This document shows positions 28,907 to 38,857 of a stretch of 64,000 nucleotides of DNA, piece by piece (position 1 is the first letter of the stretch; each line of letters opens with the position of its first letter). Position numbers and translations under genes: made by a program. Source of the DNA: Desulfobacterales bacterium (GTDB taxonomy: Bacteria; Desulfobacterota; Desulfobacteria; Desulfobacterales; UBA5616); the NCBI GenBank assembly GCA_046483495.1, contig JAWODC010000044.1, forward strand, positions 166,247 to 230,246, read 5' to 3'. The notes beneath the pieces are model-generated. The model had not been told where the DNA came from. It ran no database searches and saw only the letters and a list, made by a program, of their open reading frames with translations.

Positions 28907-30592
28907 TTGAAAGAAGTCTATGATGTCGTCATCATCGGAGGCGGTACAAACAGTCTCAGTATCGCCGGTTACCTGGGGAAATGCGGGCTTTCTGTTTGCA
29001 TTCTCGAAGCCCGCGGCGAATGCGGCGGGGGAGCGGAAAACACGGAGCCCATGCCGGGATGCAAAATCGACCCCCATGCGACGTATCTTTACGGCGGCGC
29101 AGCTCCCGCATTCGAGCAACTCGAACTTCATAAATTCGGCTTCCGAATGGTTCACTACAATGTCATGGGAGGCGGCGTGACATCAGACGGCAACGGCCAC
29201 CTTGCGGGTGCCCGAAACCCCGCCATTTTGGAAAAAACCGTCCGAAAACTTTCAGAAAAAGACCTCAAGACTATGGAACAGATGTCCGTGAGTTTCGGAG
29301 AATCACAAAAACTGGCGGAACTGCTGAGGTCCATTTACTGGACGCCTCCGCCGCCGCCCCACATTCAGCTCGGCGCGGAAGATCTGCCCTGGGCAAAAGT
29401 CTTCCGAAAACATCAGCACCCGCTGTATGACGATTCCTGGAATACCATGTCAACCATGGAACTTCTCGATTCGCTGTTCGACAATGAACAGATGAAAGTT
29501 TCATCGGCCATGGCCACATGGTACAACGGTCCCCACCCCAACTGGAAAGGAACGGCCATTCCGGGGTACTGCTGCAATCACCTGGTCGGATACAGCAGTG
29601 GAAAACCCAGGGGCGGCATGCATTCCCTGACCCACGCGCTGGTCCGATGCGCCATGCATTACGGCGCCAAAATCTACACCAACAGCAAGGTGGAAGAAAT
29701 CATCGTTGAAGACCGGGAAGCCAAGGGCGTCATTCTTGCCGACAATGCAACGGCCAAGAGCCGGAAGATTTACGCGGATAAAGCCGTTCTTTCCAACACC
29801 CACGTAAAACCGACCTTTCTCGAGCTGATTCCCGGCCGCGAACTGGACCCGATGTTTTTGGAGCGGGTTGAGGGAATCAACCTGAAAGGCGGCAGCCTTT
29901 TCGTCCTTTCCCTGGTTACCCGTGAAATGCCCAAATACAAGGGTGACGCCGAAGATATTTTTTCAAACGGCTGCTATCCTTCCTGTACATGGATCAATCT
30001 GGATTCACGGGAAGCCATGTACAATATGGAGCGGGTGGTGTATGCCTTGAATACCCATCCCATGCGCAAAGAGGATATGACATTGGCCTTCTTGAACCAT
30101 GATGTCTATGACAAGTCCTGCCAAACGCCGGAAGGATATCATGTTTTCACCCCGATTTATCTCCAGGTTCCGCCGCCGGAATACCATCGGGACGGCCCGA
30201 CCGCTGTAAATGACGCCAAATGGGACATCGTCGAGGTGATGCTGGAAAAGATCCGCGAGGTGGCCCCCAATTTGACGGACGACAAAATCGTCGCAAAATT
30301 CGTGAATACACCCTACGATTCTTCCTTGCGAAACATGGGCTTTGTCGGCGGCAACTGGATGGGCATCAGCCAGGAAGAAGAACAGTGGTATGTCAAAAAA
30401 CCGTTGCCTGAACTGTCGCGGTACCGGACGCCGATCAAAAATCTTTATTTGTGCAATCACTCCTCGTATCCCGGCGGACTGGCCCTGCAGGCGGTATCGT
30501 ATAATCTCATGCACATCCTGATCGAGGACTTAAAGCTGAAACCGGGCGAATGGTGGTATCCCTCACCCGACTTTATCCCGTCGGACGCCTGA
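28907..30592 (+). CDS. Phytoene-dehydrogenase-like FAD-dependent oxidoreductase (COG1233), paralog A
   Basis: DVVIIGGGTN, ILEARGECGGG, PRGGMHSL, YRTPIKNLYLC..SSYPGG. TTG start with AGGGGG RBS. Confidence 0.88.
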   Translation: MKEVYDVVIIGGGTNSLSIAGYLGKCGLSVCILEARGECGGGAENTEPMPGCKIDPHATYLYGGAAPAFEQLELHKFGFRMVHYNVMGGGVTSDGNGHLAGARNPAILEKTVRKLSEKDLKTMEQMSVSFGESQKLAELLRSIYWTPPPPPHIQLGAEDLPWAKVFRKHQHPLYDDSWNTMSTMELLDSLFDNEQMKVSSAMATWYNGPHPNWKGTAIPGYCCNHLVGYSSGKPRGGMHSLTHALVRCAMHYGAKIYTNSKVEEIIVEDREAKGVILADNATAKSRKIYADKAVLSNTHVKPTFLELIPGRELDPMFLERVEGINLKGGSLFVLSLVTREMPKYKGDAEDIFSNGCYPSCTWINLDSREAMYNMERVVYALNTHPMRKEDMTLAFLNHDVYDKSCQTPEGYHVFTPIYLQVPPPEYHRDGPTAVNDAKWDIVEVMLEKIREVAPNLTDDKIVAKFVNTPYDSSLRNMGFVGGNWMGISQEEEQWYVKKPLPELSRYRTPIKNLYLCNHSSYPGGLALQAVSYNLMHILIEDLKLKPGEWWYPSPDFIPSDA

Positions 30593-30750
30593 TCGTAACC
30601 ATACAAGTCGTTTTGACCGCACGCGAAATGAAAAACGCCGGAATCCTTCGCCGAAGATTCCGCAAGATTTTCGATCGGCGGAGTCCGGCAAACCGGGCCC
30701 GGCGAACGAAGAAACCGATGCCAACAACCGCTGTTTAGGAGGAAAACATT

Positions 30751-32424
30751 ATGCCAGTAAATAATCATCCCGGAAATGCTTCGTGGAAATATGACCTGCC
30801 GACGATTCCCAGGATGCCCGATGAAATATCGTGCGATGTCGCCGTAATCGGGGGAGGCCCCAATGGTTTGATTACAGCCGCATACCTGGCGAAAGCCGGC
30901 TTGAATGTGGTGCTGCTGGAGAGGCGGTATGAATTGGGGGGCGGCTTGGCCACCGAGGAAATCCTGTTTCCGTCTTACTGGGCAAACACCCATGCCACCT
31001 ATCATCTGATGGTGGATTACATGCCCGCCATATCGGATTTCGATCTGGCCAATCATTCCCTGCAATTTGTAAAGCCCCATCGCCAAACCGGCATCATTTT
31101 CAAAGATGGAAACTCCTGGATCATGTCGGACAAAATTCAGGACACCGCCGACCAGATTATGAAATATTCACGCGAAGATGCCGTTTCTTTCGAAAAATAT
31201 TCGAGAATGTTCATTCAAATGGTCGACGAGATCCTGGCCCCGGCCACCTATTACCAGCCCCTTCCGCCGATCGAACTGGCCGTAAAAACCGAACGCACAC
31301 CGATTGGGAAGGAAATGATGAAGCTTGCCGAGGACAGCCCGGTGGAAATTATCGACCGCATGTTCAAAGATGAACGCGTCAAAGCCCTCTTCTTGTATGT
31401 GACCTGCATGTGGGGTCTGGCGCCGAATGAGCCGGGCCTCGGCTACATGGTCCCGCTGCTCATGATCCGGAGCGGCATGAATAAATGCATCAGCATCGGG
31501 GGATCGCATAAACTGGCCAGCAGTCTTTCAAAAGAGATCATCAAGAACAACGGCCTGATTCTGGAAAACGCCGAAGTCACCAAAATAATCATGGAGGGCG
31601 GCAAAGCCGCCGGTGTTGAAATATTTGACGGCATGATCGTCAAAGCCAAAGCCGTCGTGTCCAGTCTCGATCCTAAAACGACCTTTCTGAACTTAATTGG
31701 TGAAGACCATCTTCCCCCTGCCCTGAAAAATTACGTAAACAACTGGGCCTGGGATAAAACCAGTTTTTTCACCACCCATGTCGCGTTGAAAAATCCGTTA
31801 AAATACAGGGCGGACGAACGGGAAATCGACAAGACCTTCATGAATATCGTCGGGATCGATTCGTACAATGAACTCGTGGACATGGCGGAAACCATTCGAT
31901 CCGGGAAAATCGGACCCATAGCGGGGCACTGCTCCGTGGAAACGATTTACGATCGAACCCTGTCACAGGTGCCCGGACATCACACGGCCTTTTTTCAAAT
32001 GCTGGTGCCGGGAATCGTCGAAGGAGGATGGGAAGATCAAAAAGAGCAGATCGAAAGCCGAATCATGGAAACCTGGGGGGAATACACCCACAATCTCAAC
32101 GGCGACAACCTGGTTATGGCATCTTCCGAGAGTCCGTTGGATATCGAACGCCGGATCCCCTGCATGAAGAACGGTTCGATTAAGCATGGCGAATACAATC
32201 CGCTGCAAATGGGCTATTTCAGGCCCAATGATTTATGCTCCCGAACAACAACACCCATCGAGGGGCTTTATGTCAACGGCGCCTCCACCTATCCCGGGGG
32301 TCTGATCATCGGAGGTCCCGGGTACATCGCCGCCAACAAAATTGCTGAAGATATGGGCATTTCCAAGTGGTGGAAGTATTCCGACAGCATCGAGCGTTAC
32401 GTAAAGCAATATATCGATGATTGA
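30751..32424 (+). CDS. Phytoene-dehydrogenase-like FAD-dependent oxidoreductase (COG1233), paralog B
   Basis: DVAVIGGGPNGL.AAYLAKAG, LERRYELGGG, GGSHKL, TPIEGLYVNGASTYPGG. AGGAGG RBS. Confidence 0.9.
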   Translation: MPVNNHPGNASWKYDLPTIPRMPDEISCDVAVIGGGPNGLITAAYLAKAGLNVVLLERRYELGGGLATEEILFPSYWANTHATYHLMVDYMPAISDFDLANHSLQFVKPHRQTGIIFKDGNSWIMSDKIQDTADQIMKYSREDAVSFEKYSRMFIQMVDEILAPATYYQPLPPIELAVKTERTPIGKEMMKLAEDSPVEIIDRMFKDERVKALFLYVTCMWGLAPNEPGLGYMVPLLMIRSGMNKCISIGGSHKLASSLSKEIIKNNGLILENAEVTKIIMEGGKAAGVEIFDGMIVKAKAVVSSLDPKTTFLNLIGEDHLPPALKNYVNNWAWDKTSFFTTHVALKNPLKYRADEREIDKTFMNIVGIDSYNELVDMAETIRSGKIGPIAGHCSVETIYDRTLSQVPGHHTAFFQMLVPGIVEGGWEDQKEQIESRIMETWGEYTHNLNGDNLVMASSESPLDIERRIPCMKNGSIKHGEYNPLQMGYFRPNDLCSRTTTPIEGLYVNGASTYPGGLIIGGPGYIAANKIAEDMGISKWWKYSDSIERYVKQYIDD

Positions 32425-32441
32425 TCGTCGAAACGGATCTG

Positions 32442-32492
32442 TGCCGCCCTTCCCCGGTTGGGGTGAGGGCGGCAGAGGATAGCGGTTTTTTT
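32442..32492 (+). terminator. Intra-operon hairpin, possible partial terminator
   Basis: tgccgccct...agggcggca stem with T7 at 32486-32492. Confidence 0.5.
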
Positions 32493-32536
32493 GTGCCATT
32501 TTTCACTCACTAGGTTGAAATGGAGGATTTCAGCGC

Positions 32537-32827
32537 ATGAAGATGTGGTCCGAAGGCCTGGGGAAAATCCAACTCGAAGTCGATTTTGCCCGATATTGGG
32601 TCGATAACGAAGAAAGCGGCACCGTGATCAAGGGTGTTACGGTTCAACCGGTCCAGTGGGATTTCAAGGCGACATTCACGAACAAAGACATTCCCGGCCT
32701 ATTGAACATCTTTTTCAAGCCCACGACATGGTTTTTCATCCTGCGAAATATTCACATGGTTTTTGTGTTCCTTTTTGAAAAGGCATTCAAACGCGATCGA
32801 TACGCCGTGGAGGTGAAAGCGAAATGA
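32537..32827 (+). CDS. Small hypothetical protein (paralog of next gene)
   Basis: GGAGG RBS; MKMWSEGLGK..G....PVQWDF....DI.GL.N.IF..FEK shared with 32824..33159. Confidence 0.8.
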   Translation: MKMWSEGLGKIQLEVDFARYWVDNEESGTVIKGVTVQPVQWDFKATFTNKDIPGLLNIFFKPTTWFFILRNIHMVFVFLFEKAFKRDRYAVEVKAK

Positions 32828-33159
32828 AAATATGGTCTAAAGGCCTCGGAACGATGGTCCTGAACATGGAATTCAGGCATTACTATGTCGAGATAAAAGA
32901 CGGGTGTCTCCTCATCAAGGGCCGAATCGAAGATCCCGTTATGTGGAATTTCGTCATTACGATAGAAAAAGAGGACATCCGCGGGTTGGCCAATGTCATC
33001 TTTAAGGGACGCTTCCTGGCTTTTTTGGGAAAAAATCTGCATTATTTCGCTGTTTTTTTCTTTGAAAAGCTATTCAGAAGAAGCGCCTACGCACACCCGG
33101 AAAGGGACATCGAATTGCCGGAAGATGTGTATTGCATTCAGAGCAATCCGGCTTCCTGA
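32824..33159 (+). CDS. Small hypothetical protein (paralog of previous gene)
   Basis: ATGA overlap, GGAGG RBS; MKIWSKGLG..KG....PVMWNF....DI.GL.N.IF..FEK. Confidence 0.8.
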   Translation: MKIWSKGLGTMVLNMEFRHYYVEIKDGCLLIKGRIEDPVMWNFVITIEKEDIRGLANVIFKGRFLAFLGKNLHYFAVFFFEKLFRRSAYAHPERDIELPEDVYCIQSNPAS

Positions 33160-33165
33160 AGGATG

Positions 33166-33810
33166 TCAGACCAGCCAGGCGACGGAATACAGCGCCAGAT
33201 TTCCCGATGCGTGGATGACAATGGGAGTCAGCAGGTTCTTTTCGACTTCATAGGCGACCGCGAAAAGGATGCCGCCGATGATTTGGGTAACCGGAAAAGG
33301 GGCGGCGACGGCGTGGGCCGCCACGAACACCGCCGTACTCAGCAAAACAGCGGGTATGATACCCCATCGTCTGAAAAAGCCGTAGCAGATTCCCCTGAAA
33401 AAAACCTCCTCGGCCACCGGACCGATGATGCCGCCGACCATCATGAGCCGAACCAATGTTTGGGTATCCCCCGGCAGGGGGTGATCCAGCAGCCCGGCCG
33501 TGTTCACACCCAGCAGCATTAAAATCCCGCCTGCTGTTAGTACGGCAAGGGCAAAAGCAATCGACCATAAAACCCCTCTTCGAAGTCCGTCAAGCAGCTC
33601 GGATTTTTTTATGCCAATGGCGGACAAATCGTTTTTCACGTAAATGACCAGGAAGATGATCAGACCGATCTGCAGGCACCTGGCAATAGCCAACATCGCC
33701 GTCCGGTCGAATTGGACATATCGCATGGCAAAACCCATGCCCCCTTCGACGATGAGAACGCCGGCCGATGTTATCAGGAGAAGGCGGAGGTCGATAGTTT
33801 CTGTTTCCAT
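33166..33810 (-). CDS. CPBP/Abi-family intramembrane metalloprotease
   Basis: PVAEEVFFRG, FVAAH, HASGN motifs. Confidence 0.88.
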   Translation of the reverse strand: METETIDLRLLLITSAGVLIVEGGMGFAMRYVQFDRTAMLAIARCLQIGLIIFLVIYVKNDLSAIGIKKSELLDGLRRGVLWSIAFALAVLTAGGILMLLGVNTAGLLDHPLPGDTQTLVRLMMVGGIIGPVAEEVFFRGICYGFFRRWGIIPAVLLSTAVFVAAHAVAAPFPVTQIIGGILFAVAYEVEKNLLTPIVIHASGNLALYSVAWLV

Positions 33811-35369
33811 CCAAGTTCCCTCAAGGCCCGGTAAACATATACCTGGACATACCAATGGCGGGAGTCGGCTAATTTCTTCAACAAAAGGGGAATGAACGCC
33901 CGGTTTCCCCGTTTTCCCAATGCATCGAAGGCCTGGCATGCCACGTTGGGATGCGGGTCATCAGCCAGCATGATCAAATCGTCAAGCGTATGCCTGCTTT
34001 TGCTCCGGCCCAATGCCTTGGCCATCCAGTATCGCACCGGGACGGACGGGTGGTGAAGGTCCACGCGATAATTTGGAATTTTATCGGGTTCAAGATTGTT
34101 TTGATAGAGCATTTTCCACCCGTTGACTCGATCCATGTGGTCACAGGACCCCATCAGGTCGTGGATATCCGAAACATCGTATCTGCCGGACCGGTTCATG
34201 TGAAACATCATCAGCAGCGACAATCCGGTCAGAAAGCAGATAAGAACGGCCGTCAGGACAGACGGCAAGTCGCCGATAATTCGAAAAAACACCAAACGAA
34301 CAGTGGTGTACAGCATGATGTAAAACACGATCGGAAAACCGATCAACAGAGACACCAGGGCAAATCGCCTGAAAAAGGCATATGTGTCGACCGCTTTCGA
34401 ATAAGCCTTGAGATACGTATGGGGACTCGCCTGAAATGCGGCCACCGTTGTCTCAAGAATCGGTGAACCCCGGTTTTGAAAAAAAAGCCGCTCCCCTTCC
34501 ACGCGCAATGCAAGGTCCACCTCAGGAACGTCTTTAAGGGGAAGATAATCCAGGGCGATACACGTGTTTTCCATTCGGTGACGCAGGTTTGCCGTCATAT
34601 TTCCGTCGATCACCACCGTTTTGATCATCTTCTGCTCAGGTGATGCAAACACAGCGGCGGGATACAGGGTGTATCGATAATAATAGGCGGTGATCTTTTC
34701 ACCGACCGGGTTCGAAAGCAGCATGCCGTCCCTGAAATCGATGAACATGCGCCGGTCCAGTTGCGCAGTCCAGGCAATGGCCAGCACCAAAATCGCCGTT
34801 GTATGGCAAAGGGCCACCACCGCCGCCTTCCGCACCGGCCGTCGCGGAACGCTGATCAGGGAAACCATGAAAACCGCAGGGGGGACGAACATAAAATAGG
34901 CTGCGGCCATTCCAGTGCCCCCTTGCAAGACCACGAACATCAACACCAATACCCAAACGATCCCGCCAAGAACGGATACCCATTTTCGCCGCTTCACGAC
35001 ATGGATCATCACACAGGCACATAAAAACGACAGAAGCGAGAGGAAGGCACCGACCGTAACGGTGAAAAAGAGCCCTCCCCAGAACGCGGAACTTACCTCG
35101 TTCAGCAGGGCCAGCGTGTCCGCGTTCGGGACGGTCAGATAACCGGCATCGGCAATCATTCGCATGTTACGATACAGCCGGTCATTAGACAGGTAGACAT
35201 GTAGTGTCGATATGATTTGGGCAACGGCCATACCCGCCGCCAAGGCTGCAGCGGCGGGTGCGGCTTTTATACCGGCACGATGGGTCGCGGTTCGGCATCG
35301 ATGATTGTCTACGGCATGTTCAGTCAACGTAATCGATCTAAAGAGGGTTAAAAGCCGATGGCGGCGCAT
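33774..35369 (-). CDS. Multi-TM membrane protein with C-terminal HEAT repeats
   Basis: Several hydrophobic helices; VRYWMAKALG, DPHPNVACQAFDALG, HWYVQVYVYRAL. Start uncertain. Confidence 0.75.
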   Translation of the reverse strand: MRRHRLLTLFRSITLTEHAVDNHRCRTATHRAGIKAAPAAAALAAGMAVAQIISTLHVYLSNDRLYRNMRMIADAGYLTVPNADTLALLNEVSSAFWGGLFFTVTVGAFLSLLSFLCACVMIHVVKRRKWVSVLGGIVWVLVLMFVVLQGGTGMAAAYFMFVPPAVFMVSLISVPRRPVRKAAVVALCHTTAILVLAIAWTAQLDRRMFIDFRDGMLLSNPVGEKITAYYYRYTLYPAAVFASPEQKMIKTVVIDGNMTANLRHRMENTCIALDYLPLKDVPEVDLALRVEGERLFFQNRGSPILETTVAAFQASPHTYLKAYSKAVDTYAFFRRFALVSLLIGFPIVFYIMLYTTVRLVFFRIIGDLPSVLTAVLICFLTGLSLLMMFHMNRSGRYDVSDIHDLMGSCDHMDRVNGWKMLYQNNLEPDKIPNYRVDLHHPSVPVRYWMAKALGRSKSRHTLDDLIMLADDPHPNVACQAFDALGKRGNRAFIPLLLKKLADSRHWYVQVYVYRALRELGWKQKLSTSAFS

Positions 35370-35402
35370 TTTTCTGGAGCCTGTTCGCCGCTGTCCGGCC
35401 CC

Positions 35403-36197
35403 TTATTTCTTTCCGGTCATTGCCATGACTTCTTTCCTGCTTCCCAGGCTTCCCGTATTCAAGGAACTGCCGCCGTCAATGGGAATGCAGGCGCCATTGA
35501 TATAAGCGGCAAAATCCGATGCCAGAAATGCGATCAGGCGTCCGACCTCTTCCGTTTTTCCGATTCGCCTGGCGGGGATCATGGCGACGGCGGCGGTCAA
35601 GATCTCCTCCGGCATCATGCCCACCAGCTCCGTTCCGATCATACCGGGCAGAACGGCATTGCAGGTGATGCCGTCCCTGGCATGCTCCAGCGTGACCGTT
35701 TTGGTCAGTCCCAGCAACCCGGATTTGCTCGCGGCATAACCGATCTGCCTGTGAAGACCGCCGGTGGCCGCGCCGGAGGACATGTTGATGATCCTGCCCC
35801 ATTGTTTTTCGATCATCGGCCCGATAACTTCCTGGATCATGTAAAAGGCGCCGGAAAGGTTGACGGAAATTTCTTTTTGCCATGCCTCATGGGACATTTT
35901 TGTCAGCCGTGCAATATTGGCGACGATTCCTGCATTATTGACCAGGATGTCAACCTCCCCCAACGCATGTCGAATCACGAGAACGCCGTTGTGAATGCTT
36001 TCAGGATCTGAAATATCCACCGTGGCGGATGTCGATGCCCTTCCGATTTTTCGTATGTCTTCCGCGGTCTGTTCCGCTTCGGGCAGGATGTCCGCAACCC
36101 CCACATCTGCACCTTCTTGGGCAAGCACATGGGCAATCGCCCGCCCGATTCCTCGTGCCGCGCCCGTTACAAGCGCGATTTTTCCTTTCAACAGCAT
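35403..36197 (-). CDS. FabG-like short-chain dehydrogenase/reductase
   Basis: TGAARGIG, NNAG, YAASK. GGAGG RBS before ATG 36197. Confidence 0.9.
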   Translation of the reverse strand: MLLKGKIALVTGAARGIGRAIAHVLAQEGADVGVADILPEAEQTAEDIRKIGRASTSATVDISDPESIHNGVLVIRHALGEVDILVNNAGIVANIARLTKMSHEAWQKEISVNLSGAFYMIQEVIGPMIEKQWGRIINMSSGAATGGLHRQIGYAASKSGLLGLTKTVTLEHARDGITCNAVLPGMIGTELVGMMPEEILTAAVAMIPARRIGKTEEVGRLIAFLASDFAAYINGACIPIDGGSSLNTGSLGSRKEVMAMTGKK

Positions 36198-36365
36198 GCC
36201 GGATTCCTCCACATTCGCTTTGGTCGGTTAAAAGAAGCGGTTATGCGCCTTCACATTATCCATATCGTGCATTTTTTCAAGCATAAATTGCCGATAACGC
36301 TTTTCATTGCCCGTTCCATTAAAAAACCATTGACTCAACCGGTCGAATTTATTATCAACGGGGCA

Positions 36366-36525
36366 TATTCAGGTGCTCGTAAACGAGCGAAAAGGGAACT
36401 CCGTTAGATTCGGAGACGGGCCCGCCGCTGTAAACGGGGACGAAGGCCGCAGCATGCCACTGGATGCATTTCCGGGAAGGCGCGGCATTTAGGATGATCC
36501 GTGAGTCAGAAGACCTGCCTGAGTA
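36366..36525 (+). ncRNA. Cobalamin riboswitch
   Basis: AGGT..AAAAGGGAA..GGGCCCGCCGCTGTAA..GCCACTG..GGGAAGG..GAGTCAGAAGACCTGCCT upstream of a TonB-dependent receptor. Confidence 0.95.
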
Positions 36526-36579
36526 TCGTTTTTCGCCTTCGAGGACCAGGGCTTAAAGATCAGAGGATAAAACAGGGAC

Positions 36580-36618
36580 ATCCCCGGATCGATGAAAATC
36601 GGTCCGGGGATTTTTTTT
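36580..36618 (+). terminator. Intrinsic terminator in riboswitch leader
   Basis: tccccggatcgat...atcggtccgggga followed by T8. Confidence 0.75.
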
Positions 36619-36654
36619 CTCCGGACCTAAGATGAACGAAAGGAGAAATCGAGA

Positions 36655-38628
36655 ATGAGAAAATGGATTGGAATCGGCACGTTGATTTGGGTCTGCCTGT
36701 TGACCGTTCCGGCATGGGGAAATGATGCAGCCGCTTCCGGCACCCATGAATTAAACGAAGTGTTTGTCACCGCCACACGCACCGAACAGGAACTGGACAA
36801 GATCGGCGGCAGTTCCGTCACGATTATACCGGCCGATGACATCGATGCGAAAAATCGAACGGTCCTGTCCGGCCTATTGGAGGGAGTCCCCGGGCTCGAT
36901 ATCGTTACTTCGGGCGGTCCCGGCACCAACACCACCGTCTTTTTGAGAGGCGCGGAATCAAAAAACACGTTGATTCTCGTTGACGGTATGATGATCAACG
37001 ACCCCTCAAACCCGAATCGCGGCGCCAATATCGCCAACCTGATTACGGACGGCATCGAACGCGTCGAGGTGGTCAGAGGCCCCATGAGTGTGCTGTACGG
37101 CAGTAATGCAACGGCCGGGGTCATCAATGTCATTACCAAAAAAGGATCGGAAAAACCATCCGCTTATGCCGGAATAGAAGGAGGATCATACGACACGTGG
37201 AAGTATTTCGGCGGTGTCGGCGGAGCCTTGGACAGGTTTAATTTTTTTCTGACAGGCGCCTCGATTCAGACGGATGGGTTTTCGGCGGCAAATGACGAGA
37301 ACCCCGACATCCCCCATGCCGGCAATACCGACGAGGAAGACGGATGGGAGAACAACTCTATTTACGGTACGTTCGGGCTTACCGTCACCCCGGATTTTGA
37401 CATCAGCGCCAACCTTCTCTATTTCGACGCCGAGGTAAAATTGGATGACTGGAACTGGTTTGCAGGCTATGCCGGTGATCGTTTCGATACGGACCCGGTC
37501 ACTTTTCTTCCGGTGGCCTCGCCCGACGGCCCAACGAAATATGAGACGGATAGCGATTACACCGGAGGCAGAATCAATGCTCATAATTTCTTTTTTCAAA
37601 GGCGGCTTGAATCGACCCTGTCCTGTTATGCCTCCCGAACGTCATCCGATACCGTTGACAACGACGGCAGTCCCTGGTTCGACTATGAAGGCGCGATAAA
37701 GGAATGGTCGTGGCAGGGCGGATTCAGTCTCGGAAAAAGCAACCTGGTCAATATCGGCTTGACCTATTTCATCGAAGAGATGGACAGCGATTCGGATAAC
37801 ATCCACGAGGACGCCGACACGAAAAGCATTTGGGTTCAGGATCAGCTGTTTTTCGGAGATAATGTCGTCGTAACAGCGGGATTGCGAAACGATCATCATG
37901 AAAACTTCGGCAATCATCTGACCTATCGGCTCGCACCGGCTTACTATTTCAATGATACCGTGATCAAAGCAAGTTATGCGACAGGGTTTCGCTCTCCTTC
38001 TTTATACGAGCTGTATTCCGCTTTCGGCAATGAGGATCTCGATGCGGAGGAAAGCTACGGATGGGATATCGGCATAGAGCAGGTCATCAATGCATTTCAC
38101 TTCGGTGTGACCTATTTTGCCTTGACATTCGACAATAAAATCGCCTGGGATGCGAATCGCATTATCCCGGGTTCCCCATTCCCGGGAGGATATAACCAGG
38201 TGGAGGGTGAGACCAAAACCAAAGGCGTCGAGGCCTTTGTCAAATACAGTCCGGCAGTTTGCCTGGACGTAACCTTAAGTTATACATATACAGACGCCGA
38301 AGACCCGAAAGGCCGCCTGGTCAGAATACCGTACAACAACTATCATCTGAACACGATGTACCGGTTTTCAGACCGCGGCAGCTTAAACCTCGATATGTTT
38401 CACGTTGGAGAACGGCTTGCCGTCACCGGTGCAGCAGACAAAAATGGAAATCCGGTCCAAGACCTGGATGCCTATACATTGGTCAACCTGTCAGCACAGT
38501 ATGACGTCACGGACCATTTTCAGGTATACGGCCGTGTCGATAATCTGTTCGATGAATTTTACGAAGAGGCATGGAGCTACGCGACGCCCGGGTTGTCCGG
38601 ATATGCAGGCATTAAAGTTCGGTATTAA
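36655..38628 (+). CDS. btuB: TonB-dependent cobalamin receptor
   Basis: Signal peptide, VFVTATR, plug with IERVEVVRGP.S.LYG..A..GVINVITK, C-terminal beta strand; under a cobalamin riboswitch. Confidence 0.88.
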   Translation: MRKWIGIGTLIWVCLLTVPAWGNDAAASGTHELNEVFVTATRTEQELDKIGGSSVTIIPADDIDAKNRTVLSGLLEGVPGLDIVTSGGPGTNTTVFLRGAESKNTLILVDGMMINDPSNPNRGANIANLITDGIERVEVVRGPMSVLYGSNATAGVINVITKKGSEKPSAYAGIEGGSYDTWKYFGGVGGALDRFNFFLTGASIQTDGFSAANDENPDIPHAGNTDEEDGWENNSIYGTFGLTVTPDFDISANLLYFDAEVKLDDWNWFAGYAGDRFDTDPVTFLPVASPDGPTKYETDSDYTGGRINAHNFFFQRRLESTLSCYASRTSSDTVDNDGSPWFDYEGAIKEWSWQGGFSLGKSNLVNIGLTYFIEEMDSDSDNIHEDADTKSIWVQDQLFFGDNVVVTAGLRNDHHENFGNHLTYRLAPAYYFNDTVIKASYATGFRSPSLYELYSAFGNEDLDAEESYGWDIGIEQVINAFHFGVTYFALTFDNKIAWDANRIIPGSPFPGGYNQVEGETKTKGVEAFVKYSPAVCLDVTLSYTYTDAEDPKGRLVRIPYNNYHLNTMYRFSDRGSLNLDMFHVGERLAVTGAADKNGNPVQDLDAYTLVNLSAQYDVTDHFQVYGRVDNLFDEFYEEAWSYATPGLSGYAGIKVRY

Positions 38629-38857
38629 TATCCTATCGAGAAATGGGTGAGATATTTTGACCATTCGCCGGGAGATGAGTGAGCCGGGCGGGACGGGATG
38701 CGGGCTTGAATCAAATTTTTTTGCCCTGTGTTGCAGTCATGAAGCCCTTCCGGCAAATTTGTGCGGCGGTCCAAACCGATCGAATCAGGAGACGATCAGG
38801 GGGCATGGTGCAACATGCCCCCTTTCGCTGTTGCCGACAATCAGCTTTACATCCGCT

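Noticed and set aside
28907..32424. Carotenoid biosynthesis (crtI)
   Set aside because: No crtB/crtE or related genes nearby; only family-level similarity.
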